Numbered from the stretch's first letter, positions 8,083 to 16,394 are shown. The stretch: 64,000 bases of DNA from Candidatus Dojkabacteria bacterium HGW-Dojkabacteria-1 (GCA_002840365.1 PHAO01000001.1:588360-652359); one strand, 5' to 3'. Made by a program: numbers and translations. Notes: a model not told the origin generated them from the sequence alone.

Positions 8083-10890
8083 ATGTCAGACAAAGAAGAA
8101 TTAATAAAGAAAGCCGAAGAAAAAGTAGAGACACAGAATGCAGATTCAACTGCGGATACCTCTATTCTACAAGATGATTCTGATATAGATTTTAACCTTT
8201 CTTTTAAACCTGGAGAGGTTATGCCAAGATCTATTATTGATGAAATGAAGTCAAACTATATCGACTACTCTATGTCTGTAATCGTTGCTCGTGCTCTTCC
8301 TGAGGTAAAAGATGGTCTTAAACCATCCCAAAGAAGAATACTTGTTGCAATGAATGACCTTGCTCTATCACCAACAGCTCATTATAGAAAATGTGCAAAG
8401 ATTGCTGGTGATACATCTGGTAACTACCATCCTCACGGTGAGAGTGTTGTATATCCTACATTAGTAAAACTCGCCCAGGATTTTTCGACTAGATATCTTC
8501 TAGTTGATGGGCAGGGTAACTTTGGAAGTATTGATGGAGACCCTGCAGCAGCAATGAGATATACAGAGGCAAGAATGGGTAAGATTACACCAGAACTTCT
8601 GAAGGATTTGAACAAAGGTACTGTTACATTCTTACCAAACTATGATGGTACAAGATTAGAACCTACTGTATTACCAGCACTTTTTCCAAATCTTTTAGCA
8701 AATGGTAGTCAGGGTATTGCTGTTGGTATGGCAACTCAAATTCCTCCGCATAACCTTGGAGAGCTAATAGATGCTCTTCAAGAAATGATTAAGGGAAAGA
8801 ATAGGTGGGAAGGGGTAGCAATTTACAATGAACTGAGAAAGATTAAGGAAAGTAAAGAGATAATTCCAAGAACCCTTAACTCCAAACCTGAAGACTATCT
8901 AGAAAACTATGTAGATACAAACGACTTAGACTATCAAAAATCAATAGATGAGATAAAGAGCAGAATAGAGGAGAAGGGAGAAGTAATATATCCTGATTTT
9001 AAATCAGAAATTTCTCCAGAGGAATTAATAAAGATAATACCTGGACCAGATTTTCCAACAGGAGGAACAATATATGACAGAGATGAAATACTCAATGCAT
9101 ATGCAACAGGTAGAGGAAAGATCTTACAAAGAGCTCAAGCTTCAATTGTGGAAGGTAAGAGTGGAAGATATCAAATTGTAATAACCGAGATTCCTTACCA
9201 GGTTAACAAGGCATACATGATTGAAAAGATTGCCGAATTGGTTAGGGATAAAAAGATTACTGGTATTGCAGATATCAGGGATGAGTCTAATAAAGATGGT
9301 ATTAGAGTTGTAGTAATACTAAAAAAGGATGCACAACCTAAAACAGTTCTAAACAAACTGTTTAAATATACAGAAATGCAAAAGACCTTCAATGCAAATA
9401 TGATTGCATTGGTAGATCAAGAACCAATTACACTTTCCCTAAAGAGGATGTTAGAATTGTTCCTTTCCTTTAGATTAACGGTAACCATTAGAAGATATGA
9501 ATATGATTTAGCAGAGGCAAGATATCATGCACATATCTTAGAAGGACTTCTTAAAGCATTAGACGTACTAGATGAGGTTATCGCTACTATTCGTGGATCA
9601 AAGACTCAGGAAACTGCAAAAACAAACTTAATGGATAAATTTAAGTTTACTGATGTTCAAGCACAGGCAATATTAGATATGCAACTAAGAAGGTTAGCTG
9701 CACTTGAGAGAATGAAATTACAAAATGATTACAAAGAAACAAAAGCTAAAATCATTGAGTACAACGAAATCTTAGATAGTCAGGATAGGATACTTGAAAT
9801 TATTAGTTCCGACTTGGCCGAAATAAAGGAAAAATATGGAGATAAGAGAAGAACTAGAGTTGTAAAAGGAAAAATTGATGAAATATCTGAGGAAGATTTA
9901 ATAGCTAACGAAGAGACGTTGATTACAATTACTCATTCAGGATATGTAAAAAGGGTTCCTCCTTCAACATATCAAACACAAAAGAGAGGTGGGAAGGGAA
10001 TCTCAGGAGGAGAAACTAAAGAAGGAGATTTCATTGAGCATGTTTTGTTGTGTAATACACACGATGAGCTTCTACTCTTTACAAACAAAGGTCGGGTATT
10101 TAATACTAGAATTTTTGAAATTCCTGAGTATGGTAGAACAGCAAAGGGCATTCCTTTGATTAACCTAGTTCAACTAGATCAAAATGAAATAATTACTTCC
10201 ATTCTTACTCGCGATCCAAAGGGTGGAGTTATGGGTTCTGAAGAGATACAAGAAGGACAAGATGAAGTTATTGTTGAGAAGAGAGACTTTAAATATTTCT
10301 TAATGGTAACCAAGGGAGGAGTAGTTAAAAAGACTGATTTAGAACAATTTAGTAAGATTAGGTCTAATGGTTTAACTGCCATTAAGTTGGAGATAAATGA
10401 TGAACTTATATGGGTCAAACCTACAACAGGAGAAGATGAAGTAATACTTGTTACTGCAGAGGGAAAATCTATTAGATTCTCAGAGAAAGATGTTAGACCT
10501 ATGGGTAGGAGTACCAGAGGTGTAACAGCTATGAAGTTTAAATCAGAAACCGACTTTATCGTTGGTATGGGAGTTGTAAGAGCAAATGAGAATAGGTTGT
10601 TTACTCTTTCTGAGAAAGGTTTTGGTAAGATGACACTTCTAAAGGAATATACTAGACAGAAAAGAGGAGGAACTGGAATCTTTACATTTAGAGTAACACC
10701 AAAGACAGGTCCTGTATCGGTAGCAAGAGTAATGGATCATCCTAAGGCTGAGATAGTTGTTATTTCCGAGAAATCTAAAGTGATAAGATCTTCAGTAGAT
10801 GCTATACCAACTCTTGGTAGACAAACTAGTGGTGTTAAAGTTATGAAGATAGAAGATGGAGATAGGGTAGCTACGATGGCAATACTTTAG
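8083..10890 (+). CDS. gyrA: DNA gyrase subunit A (with ~80-aa insertion before the PGPDFPTGG segment)
   Basis: Motifs ARALPEVKDGLKPSQRRIL, YHPHGE and active-site AAMRYTEARM. The C-terminal beta-pinwheel repeats are present. Length 935 aa. Confidence 0.95.
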   Translation: MSDKEELIKKAEEKVETQNADSTADTSILQDDSDIDFNLSFKPGEVMPRSIIDEMKSNYIDYSMSVIVARALPEVKDGLKPSQRRILVAMNDLALSPTAHYRKCAKIAGDTSGNYHPHGESVVYPTLVKLAQDFSTRYLLVDGQGNFGSIDGDPAAAMRYTEARMGKITPELLKDLNKGTVTFLPNYDGTRLEPTVLPALFPNLLANGSQGIAVGMATQIPPHNLGELIDALQEMIKGKNRWEGVAIYNELRKIKESKEIIPRTLNSKPEDYLENYVDTNDLDYQKSIDEIKSRIEEKGEVIYPDFKSEISPEELIKIIPGPDFPTGGTIYDRDEILNAYATGRGKILQRAQASIVEGKSGRYQIVITEIPYQVNKAYMIEKIAELVRDKKITGIADIRDESNKDGIRVVVILKKDAQPKTVLNKLFKYTEMQKTFNANMIALVDQEPITLSLKRMLELFLSFRLTVTIRRYEYDLAEARYHAHILEGLLKALDVLDEVIATIRGSKTQETAKTNLMDKFKFTDVQAQAILDMQLRRLAALERMKLQNDYKETKAKIIEYNEILDSQDRILEIISSDLAEIKEKYGDKRRTRVVKGKIDEISEEDLIANEETLITITHSGYVKRVPPSTYQTQKRGGKGISGGETKEGDFIEHVLLCNTHDELLLFTNKGRVFNTRIFEIPEYGRTAKGIPLINLVQLDQNEIITSILTRDPKGGVMGSEEIQEGQDEVIVEKRDFKYFLMVTKGGVVKKTDLEQFSKIRSNGLTAIKLEINDELIWVKPTTGEDEVILVTAEGKSIRFSEKDVRPMGRSTRGVTAMKFKSETDFIVGMGVVRANENRLFTLSEKGFGKMTLLKEYTRQKRGGTGIFTFRVTPKTGPVSVARVMDHPKAEIVVISEKSKVIRSSVDAIPTLGRQTSGVKVMKIEDGDRVATMAIL

Positions 10891-11104
10891 ATTCATTATC
10901 ACTAGGAAGAGAAAGAGCTTTGCTTAATCCTGCAAAACTAAGATGTATTATACATTCTTCTCTCTTTTGGGTCTTTCTTGAAACATAAGTCCTAAGCTTT
11001 CTTTTATCCCGCTTTGCAATCTCTAATTGCATTTTCTTCACTATCTTTTCATACTGATCTAATCTTTCTACTATCTCCTTTATTTGTGTTTCTGTGTAAA
11101 CCAT
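10871..11104 (-). CDS. Hypothetical small coiled-coil protein (77 aa); its 3' end overlaps the gyrA stop
   Basis: ORF only. Charged heptad-like sequence. Confidence 0.3.
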   Translation of the reverse strand: MVYTETQIKEIVERLDQYEKIVKKMQLEIAKRDKRKLRTYVSRKTQKREECIIHLSFAGLSKALSLPSDNESKVLPS

Positions 11105-11145
11105 AATTTTAATTAATAAATTTATTTCTTTGTTTTTTCATAGAC

Positions 11146-11427
11146 TTATTTTTTCTCACAAACTTTTGGATATGAATCCATATATAGCCTTCTTAAATCA
11201 TCAATATATATTTCAGCCCTATCTAATCTATCCCTATTCAAATTCTCCCTCGCCCTAAGCTCTAATAGATTTCTCTCTATAGATTCCAATTTTCTGTCAA
11301 TATTTCGAAATGACAGTTCATATAGCTCTCCATTCTTTTCTAATTTCTCCAATCTCTTTTCTATCTTTTGAATATGTACAGAGAAAAGGTTTGATATATT
11401 TTTTAAATCTTCCTTTGTTAAAGACAT
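11146..11427 (-). CDS. Hypothetical small coiled-coil protein (93 aa)
   Basis: ORF with K/E/R/L-rich heptad pattern (LEKLEKNGELYELSFRNIDRKLESIERNLLELRAREN). Confidence 0.35.
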   Translation of the reverse strand: MSLTKEDLKNISNLFSVHIQKIEKRLEKLEKNGELYELSFRNIDRKLESIERNLLELRARENLNRDRLDRAEIYIDDLRRLYMDSYPKVCEKK

Positions 11428-11557
11428 AATCTTAACATTAAAATTTATATACTTTCTGGAGACAGGAGACGTAGGTTTGGATATCTAAATATATCAGGTT
11501 CATATTTATACTTCCTGACCTATATACACGTAGTAAATATCTTGTAAAATATCTATT

Positions 11558-12361
11558 ATGATAAAAATATTAGTTATCATTTTAATACTGTTCTTTTTCT
11601 TTTTTCTTCCTCAGAAAACAGAAGATATGAAGTGGGTGAATGATGAGAATGAGGTAGTAGTTAAGAAACCATTTGTCATTAAAGAACCAATTGATAGTAC
11701 TCCAATAGAACAGGTAAAAAATAATGTAAACACACCAACTACAAATGATTGGTGGAAGTATCCAGATGTAATATATGAAACAAAAAGAAATGGTAATGAT
11801 TTGTTAGTATTAGTTAACAAACAGTACAAATTACCAAGCACATATGCACCCTCAGATCTTGTAAGAGCAAGTAACTCAGGTATCAGAAGAGGAGAAAACT
11901 ACTACCTTAGAAATATTCTTATTACAGATTTAACGGATATGATAAACAGTGCAAACAGTGAAGGTATAGACTTAAGTATCGTAAGTGGATATAGGTCATA
12001 TCAAACACAGGTAAGCACATATAACTACTGGCTATCAAAAAACAATAATAACGTTGAATATGTTGATACCTTCTCAGCACGTCCAGGACATAGTCAGCAT
12101 CAATTAGGAACTGCTATAGATTTCAGCAGTAGTGAGATAGGGGATGTTTTAGGAGATAGTTTTAGCAATACTAATGCAAGTAAGTGGTTAATAGAAAATG
12201 CATACAAATATGGTTTTGTAATTTCATACCCCAAAGGATATGAGAGTGTAACAGGATATAAGTATGAGAGTTGGCATTACAGATATATAGGAAAAGAGAA
12301 TGCATTAGAAATGAAAAATAGTGGTATGATATTAGAGAATTACTTAAGAAGTAAAAATTAA
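11558..12361 (+). CDS. Peptidase M15B/VanY-family D-alanyl-D-alanine carboxypeptidase-like, membrane-anchored
   Basis: N-terminal TM (ILVIILILFFFFFL). Motifs SGYRSYQTQ, SARPGHSQHQLGTAIDF and WHYRYIG match the VanY/M15 zinc D,D-carboxypeptidase family. Confidence 0.7.
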   Translation: MIKILVIILILFFFFFLPQKTEDMKWVNDENEVVVKKPFVIKEPIDSTPIEQVKNNVNTPTTNDWWKYPDVIYETKRNGNDLLVLVNKQYKLPSTYAPSDLVRASNSGIRRGENYYLRNILITDLTDMINSANSEGIDLSIVSGYRSYQTQVSTYNYWLSKNNNNVEYVDTFSARPGHSQHQLGTAIDFSSSEIGDVLGDSFSNTNASKWLIENAYKYGFVISYPKGYESVTGYKYESWHYRYIGKENALEMKNSGMILENYLRSKN

Positions 12362-13585
12362 GTGCAAAGAGATCCTTCTGATTCACAAGGTAATAGGTTA
12401 TATGGTTTTAGACCAGACGTTCTTGATGGATATGATCGTTTGCTTCCAGAAGTCACTGCACCCCCAAAGGGTTTTGATGATACACAAACCTTCTATGAGG
12501 GAACAAAAAGTGCAAGACAAGTTCAAGAAGAATTTCTTGAGGAAACACCGCTTTATGAAAGTATAGATTATGCGCTACATGATAATCCCCTTACTACAGA
12601 GGATGTTGTATCAATAATGCAAGCAAGAGAGATTAATTCATACACTCCTGACAAAGTAAATGTCCCAAGAGAGGTAGAAGAGAACGGAACAAAAAGACAC
12701 TGGGAGCATCTTTTAACTACTTTACCAAGGGATGCAAAGATTTCTTTTGCCAAAGGCTTAGCGATAATCGACATGGAGATGAGAACTGAAGAAGGCCTAA
12801 AAAACAATGGTACTATGGTTATGGATTTAAGAAATGGAACAGAAAATGATGGTTTTAGAATCGTCAATTTCCTTCAGTCAGGACAGAATGGGACATTATC
12901 TCCAACAAAGATATTTGAGAGAGAAGACATTGAAGTAAGATTCAAAGAACAATATATGTTTGTTCGCTGGTGGAGTAAACTGTTGCGAAAAACTACTAGA
13001 GGTAGTGCTGGGGTCGTTAATGGTAAGAACCGAATAAATATTCATCAGTTATATCAAGAACATCCAACGGATTCCTCTGTCCATCCTTACTATATAGACA
13101 TCCCTCTATACTTTCATGAGATGTCACATGTAAAAGATGTACATAAAAGATCCTTTTCTCAAGATGAGCACAGAGTATATCTAAGCGCATATATGATTGA
13201 TAAATATTTACCACTAGCAGCATCAGTTACAACTCTGAGTGCAATAATGGGTACAGCTTTTCCTTGGACTCTATTGTTTACAGGAGGATTAGTTACTATT
13301 GATAGAATATTACACAAGATGTCGAGAGATCCTAGTACAGATGTCGGAAAAGCTTTCTTAAAAGTATGGAAAAGCGAAACCGAAGCAAGATTCTCTCAAA
13401 AGATAGCCTCAGATTTAATGGTTGCAAATGGTTTCGTTGCAGACAGGAGAACACATAAGAATATTTTAGATATATACCAACCTAATACTTGGAGATATGT
13501 AGACGAATATTATAGAGAAGCTGAAAAGGCTCTAAAAAAGAGATTGCCACAACCGGCACCGCAACCTGTTCCTTTAGCTATTTAG
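12362..13585 (+). CDS. Hypothetical protein with an HExxH motif (putative zinc metallopeptidase) and a C-terminal hydrophobic segment; GTG start abutting the upstream stop
   Basis: 407 aa. Contains 'YFHEMSHVKDVH' (HEMSH = HExxH). The C-terminal segment VTTLSAIMGTAFPWTLLFTGGLVTI is TM-like. It is translationally coupled to the M15 peptidase gene. Confidence 0.4.
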   Translation: MQRDPSDSQGNRLYGFRPDVLDGYDRLLPEVTAPPKGFDDTQTFYEGTKSARQVQEEFLEETPLYESIDYALHDNPLTTEDVVSIMQAREINSYTPDKVNVPREVEENGTKRHWEHLLTTLPRDAKISFAKGLAIIDMEMRTEEGLKNNGTMVMDLRNGTENDGFRIVNFLQSGQNGTLSPTKIFEREDIEVRFKEQYMFVRWWSKLLRKTTRGSAGVVNGKNRINIHQLYQEHPTDSSVHPYYIDIPLYFHEMSHVKDVHKRSFSQDEHRVYLSAYMIDKYLPLAASVTTLSAIMGTAFPWTLLFTGGLVTIDRILHKMSRDPSTDVGKAFLKVWKSETEARFSQKIASDLMVANGFVADRRTHKNILDIYQPNTWRYVDEYYREAEKALKKRLPQPAPQPVPLAI

Positions 13586-13599
13586 TACAATCTATAAAT

Positions 13600-14235
13600 A
13601 TGAATAAGAAGAAAATATTAAAAACACTCTCAAGGATATACCTAATAGGGGGAATAGTCCTTATCATCTTTGCTTTTGCAGCCCTTTCTGTCTCCTTCTA
13701 TCCAAATATCTGGTACGCATTAAGAGAGGAGGCCTCAGATGAAGATACGAATTCAATAGCACAAGTAGTAGAAAGGATTGATACCGAAGTAGAGGAAAAG
13801 AAAGAGAGACCACTTCCCCCACTAGATGAGAATCTACCGAAGGAGAATCAGATAAAGATAACTTCCATTGGAGTTGATTCTCAAATAATAGAGAATGAAG
13901 ACCCATACAAAGGTTTACTAAAGGGAATATGGATAGTACCAAACTATGGAATACCTTCTTCAAATGAACTACCAATAATAATTGCTGCTCATAGATATGG
14001 ATATACAAGTTGGTCTAGTCAATTCAGATATACAAGTTCATTCTATAACCTACCAAAAACAAAAGATGGAGATAGGGTACAAATAATATGGGAACAAAGA
14101 CTGTATGAGTATGAAGTTTATAAAACAGAAGATAATACACAGATTACAGACTATGAAGCAGATTTAATCCTCTATACATGTAGAATGTACAATTCCCCAA
14201 TTAGAGTTTTTAGATATTTGAACAGAGTCAACTAA
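13600..14235 (+). CDS. Sortase-family transpeptidase
   Basis: N-terminal TM anchor. Catalytic His in IIAAHRYGY, catalytic Cys in the LILYTC (TLxTC-like) motif, and a downstream Arg (RVFRY). The spacing fits the sortase fold. Confidence 0.6.
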   Translation: MNKKKILKTLSRIYLIGGIVLIIFAFAALSVSFYPNIWYALREEASDEDTNSIAQVVERIDTEVEEKKERPLPPLDENLPKENQIKITSIGVDSQIIENEDPYKGLLKGIWIVPNYGIPSSNELPIIIAAHRYGYTSWSSQFRYTSSFYNLPKTKDGDRVQIIWEQRLYEYEVYKTEDNTQITDYEADLILYTCRMYNSPIRVFRYLNRVN

Positions 14236-14240
14236 TCACC

Positions 14241-14277
14241 CCATAGTATTGCATGTTTGCCCATTATAAGATATAAT
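14241..14277 (+). promoter_or_regulatory. Sigma70-like promoter P1 with upstream CCCCATAGTA element: -35 TTGCAT (14249-14254), 17-bp spacer, -10 TATAAT (14272-14277)
   Basis: Read directly from the sequence. The same architecture recurs at 14585-14621 and 15537-15576. Confidence 0.5.
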
Positions 14278-14313
14278 GATGTTTGTAATTTAATTTGTTC
14301 TTTACAAATTCAA

Positions 14314-14541
14314 ATGAACAAGAAGATAAACTTCTTCTTGGTATCTATTCTTGCTATTGGATTTCTTGCACTTTTTAATACTCCAGTATTAGCAGATGGT
14401 TACAGTCCATACGAACCTCACATTCCAGAACCTACTGGTTTGATAGATGGTATGGTATTCAACATTGTTGCTGTAATCTCATACCTTTCAGGTATTGCTT
14501 CCATTGGAATAGCTAAGATTCTATCTAGTAAGATAGCTTAA
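14314..14541 (+). CDS. Small secreted/membrane-anchored peptide (75 aa) with a sorting-signal-like C-terminus; the ORF tool's alternative TTG start is at 14257
   Basis: The ATG at 14314 gives MNKKINFFLVSILAIGFLALFNTPVLA, a signal peptide. The short mature part DGYSPYEPHIPEPTG is followed by a hydrophobic stretch and the basic tail KILSSKIA. It lies immediately downstream of the sortase gene. Confidence 0.45.
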   Translation: MNKKINFFLVSILAIGFLALFNTPVLADGYSPYEPHIPEPTGLIDGMVFNIVAVISYLSGIASIGIAKILSSKIA

Positions 14542-14584
14542 CCAAGATCTATACATATAGGGTAGGGGACTTTATGTTCCCACC

Positions 14585-14621
14585 CTATAGTATTGTATAC
14601 TTGGCTAGTATTTGGTATAAT
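14585..14621 (+). promoter_or_regulatory. Sigma70-like promoter P2 with upstream CCCTATAGTA element: -35 TTGTAT (14593-14598), 17-bp spacer, extended -10 TGgTATAAT (14613-14621)
   Basis: Read directly from the sequence. Confidence 0.5.
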
Positions 14622-14677
14622 GTAATAGATCATTTGAAACTGCACCTTAAAAATTTCACACATAGTTATTAAAAGAA

Positions 14678-14720
14678 AGATAAATAGAGTAAGTTCTTAC
14701 TTTATCTATCTCTTTTTTAA
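14678..14720 (+). terminator. Rho-independent terminator: 15-bp stem (one A.C mismatch, one G.U pair) with a 4-nt loop, followed by TTTTTT
   Basis: The 5' arm agataaatagagtaa, loop gttc and 3' arm ttactttatctatct are followed by the T-run ctcttttttaa. Confidence 0.6.
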
Positions 14721-14945
14721 TTAAAAGAGAAGTTCTTTAACATAACTAAATATATATTTTAATGATATTTATATCTTAGATATATATCTTAGTTAAATAG
14801 GGTGGTGGATATTCTCCTTCCCTCTGTTGGTAAATTTAGTCAATTAAAAATAATTGGTTAAATCCTCCAACAGAGGTGCAACCGCAAGGCCAAAGAAAAT
14901 CCGTGCAGAAATGCATATAACAATTTTCCTTAAGGAGAAAATCTG

Positions 14946-15461
14946 ATGAAAAAGTTCTTGAAAGTCCTGTTCTTTGCCACCGTCGCTGTTGCTCTCATTC
15001 TGGTAGGCTCGGTTTTCGCAGCCCCCACGATTGCGAAGGCAGATGGCGGTTCCCAGCCCGAGTGCTTCTCCTTCTCGTTCGTGAAGGTATGCGTTTGGCC
15101 GCTGGGTGTCGAGACTGAAGAGGTCGAAACCGAAATCGTGGTTGAGGAAGATGCCGAAGAGGTTGAAACCGAAGAAAGCCTGGATATTCAGTCAAACACT
15201 TACTTTCCAGAGTACAGCTGTTCGGACCTGAATACCTGCCCAATGCGGTTAGTGCCGGAGGATATCTTTATCGTCGCTTACCCCCATGGGTGCGAGACGT
15301 TCAAAGTGTTCTTCCCGGGTGAAATCCTGGACTTCAACGGCTACGCCGAGATTCACGCTTACGCTATGTCCATTACAACCGGACCGCGGTTCAACATGAA
15401 TCTTTGGGTGCCTTCCCAGTTCCAGGACGTACACGCCTGCTACGCTTTCCCCACCCCGTAA
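14946..15461 (+). CDS. Secreted cysteine-rich hypothetical protein (171 aa) encoded in an anomalously GC-rich (~55-60% GC) segment
   Basis: Strong SD AAGGAG (14932-14937) sits 8 nt upstream of the ATG. Signal peptide MKKFLKVLFFATVAVALILVGSVFA. Six Cys residues and an acidic EEVETE repeat. Third codon positions are G/C-rich, unlike the rest of the window. Confidence 0.6.
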   Translation: MKKFLKVLFFATVAVALILVGSVFAAPTIAKADGGSQPECFSFSFVKVCVWPLGVETEEVETEIVVEEDAEEVETEESLDIQSNTYFPEYSCSDLNTCPMRLVPEDIFIVAYPHGCETFKVFFPGEILDFNGYAEIHAYAMSITTGPRFNMNLWVPSQFQDVHACYAFPTP

Positions 15462-15469
15462 AAAGAACT

Positions 15470-15527
15470 GAGCCTGGCTCGAGATCGCCGTTTCTAACGC
15501 GCACAACTCTCGAACCAGGCTCTTTTC
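15470..15527 (+). terminator. Putative intrinsic terminator: 13-14-bp imperfect stem gagcctggctcgag / ctcgaaccaggctc with a 25-nt loop, followed by TTTT
   Basis: Inverted repeat read directly from the sequence; the large loop makes it atypical. Confidence 0.4.
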
Positions 15528-15536
15528 CATTATATA

Positions 15537-15576
15537 CCCCATAGTACTTTAATATTTGATTAAAAAATGGTATAAT
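15537..15576 (+). promoter_or_regulatory. Sigma70-like promoter P3 with upstream CCCCATAGTA element: -35 TTTAAT (15548-15553), 17-bp spacer, extended -10 TGgTATAAT (15568-15576)
   Basis: Read directly from the sequence. It is followed by a ~300-nt untranslated leader before the next ORF. Confidence 0.5.
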
Positions 15577-15884
15577 GTAGGTATATTAAACATTAAAGAA
15601 TCTGCTCTTTAAAAGGATTTTATTCAATAAATATAAAAGATGTGTATAAGGGATTAACCCTAATTCTTTGTATATCTCTTTTATAGAGATAATGCTCTTT
15701 AAAATACCTTGTATTATGTGATTACTTAGGTAATCCATATATATACAAGTAGCGGTGAAATATATATCTCCTACCAAGTGGGCTGCATTAAGTTTTTAAT
15801 TCTCTCTTTAAAGATTTAATGCAGTACCCATTTGGGTAAAATTTAAAACCTCGCAAGAGGATTTTTCTAATAAGGAGATTGAAG

Positions 15885-16382
15885 ATGGAAAAGAATAGCG
15901 TCGGAACAATAATTTGGACAATTCTGGGCATTTTACTCCTAATATCATGTTGCTTTTTAAGCCTTTTTGTCCTTGGACTCAATGGCTTTAGCATGAGAAT
16001 TGGAAGTAGCGAGTTGGTTATCAACGAGCAAAAGATGGAAAATCCCGCAGTGGTTATCCATACTCAACAAGTTGAGCCAACGAGACCCACGATTGTACAA
16101 AATCCCACTCCGGTACCCCTTCGTATTTGCGATTACGATTACAACATCATGCCTATCGGGGTAGATGAATTCGATAATCGCCTAGCAGATAAGGGGATAA
16201 AGGTAACTGGAACGATAGCTGGTCCTGCGATTGTTAAAATCAATAAGGATCATATCGTGATCATTTATCCTGGAAATAGCTGGAAAGGGTCTGGTACCTT
16301 ATGGCAGTATGTTGGAGATTCCAAATGCCTTGAGGCACAAATTCAATACTTCGAAAAGGAGTCAAAAACATACATCAAATAA
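15885..16382 (+). CDS. Hypothetical membrane-anchored/secreted protein (165 aa); the ORF tool lists a TTG start at 15879
   Basis: SD AAGGAG (15872-15877) sits 7 nt before the ATG at 15885. N-terminal TM GTIIWTILGILLLISCCFLSLFVLGL. Moderately elevated GC (~42%). Confidence 0.5.
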   Translation: MEKNSVGTIIWTILGILLLISCCFLSLFVLGLNGFSMRIGSSELVINEQKMENPAVVIHTQQVEPTRPTIVQNPTPVPLRICDYDYNIMPIGVDEFDNRLADKGIKVTGTIAGPAIVKINKDHIVIIYPGNSWKGSGTLWQYVGDSKCLEAQIQYFEKESKTYIK

Positions 16383-16394
16383 TTTCACCGCTTA

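Noticed and set aside
14995-15542. Minus-strand ORFs 14995-15243 (Arg/Pro-rich) and 15249-15542
   Set aside because: They fall inside the GC-rich 14946-15461 gene. High GC suppresses stop codons in the antisense frames. The plus-strand gene has an SD, a signal peptide and coherent codon usage.
14257-15884. Tool-assigned TTG starts at 14257 and 15879 (and 63699)
   Set aside because: At 14257 the TTG lies within the promoter -35/-10 region. At 15879 a canonical ATG with AAGGAG SD follows 6 nt downstream. At 63699 the frame continues open upstream to the window end. Starts were reassigned (14314, 15885) or the gene called 5'-partial.
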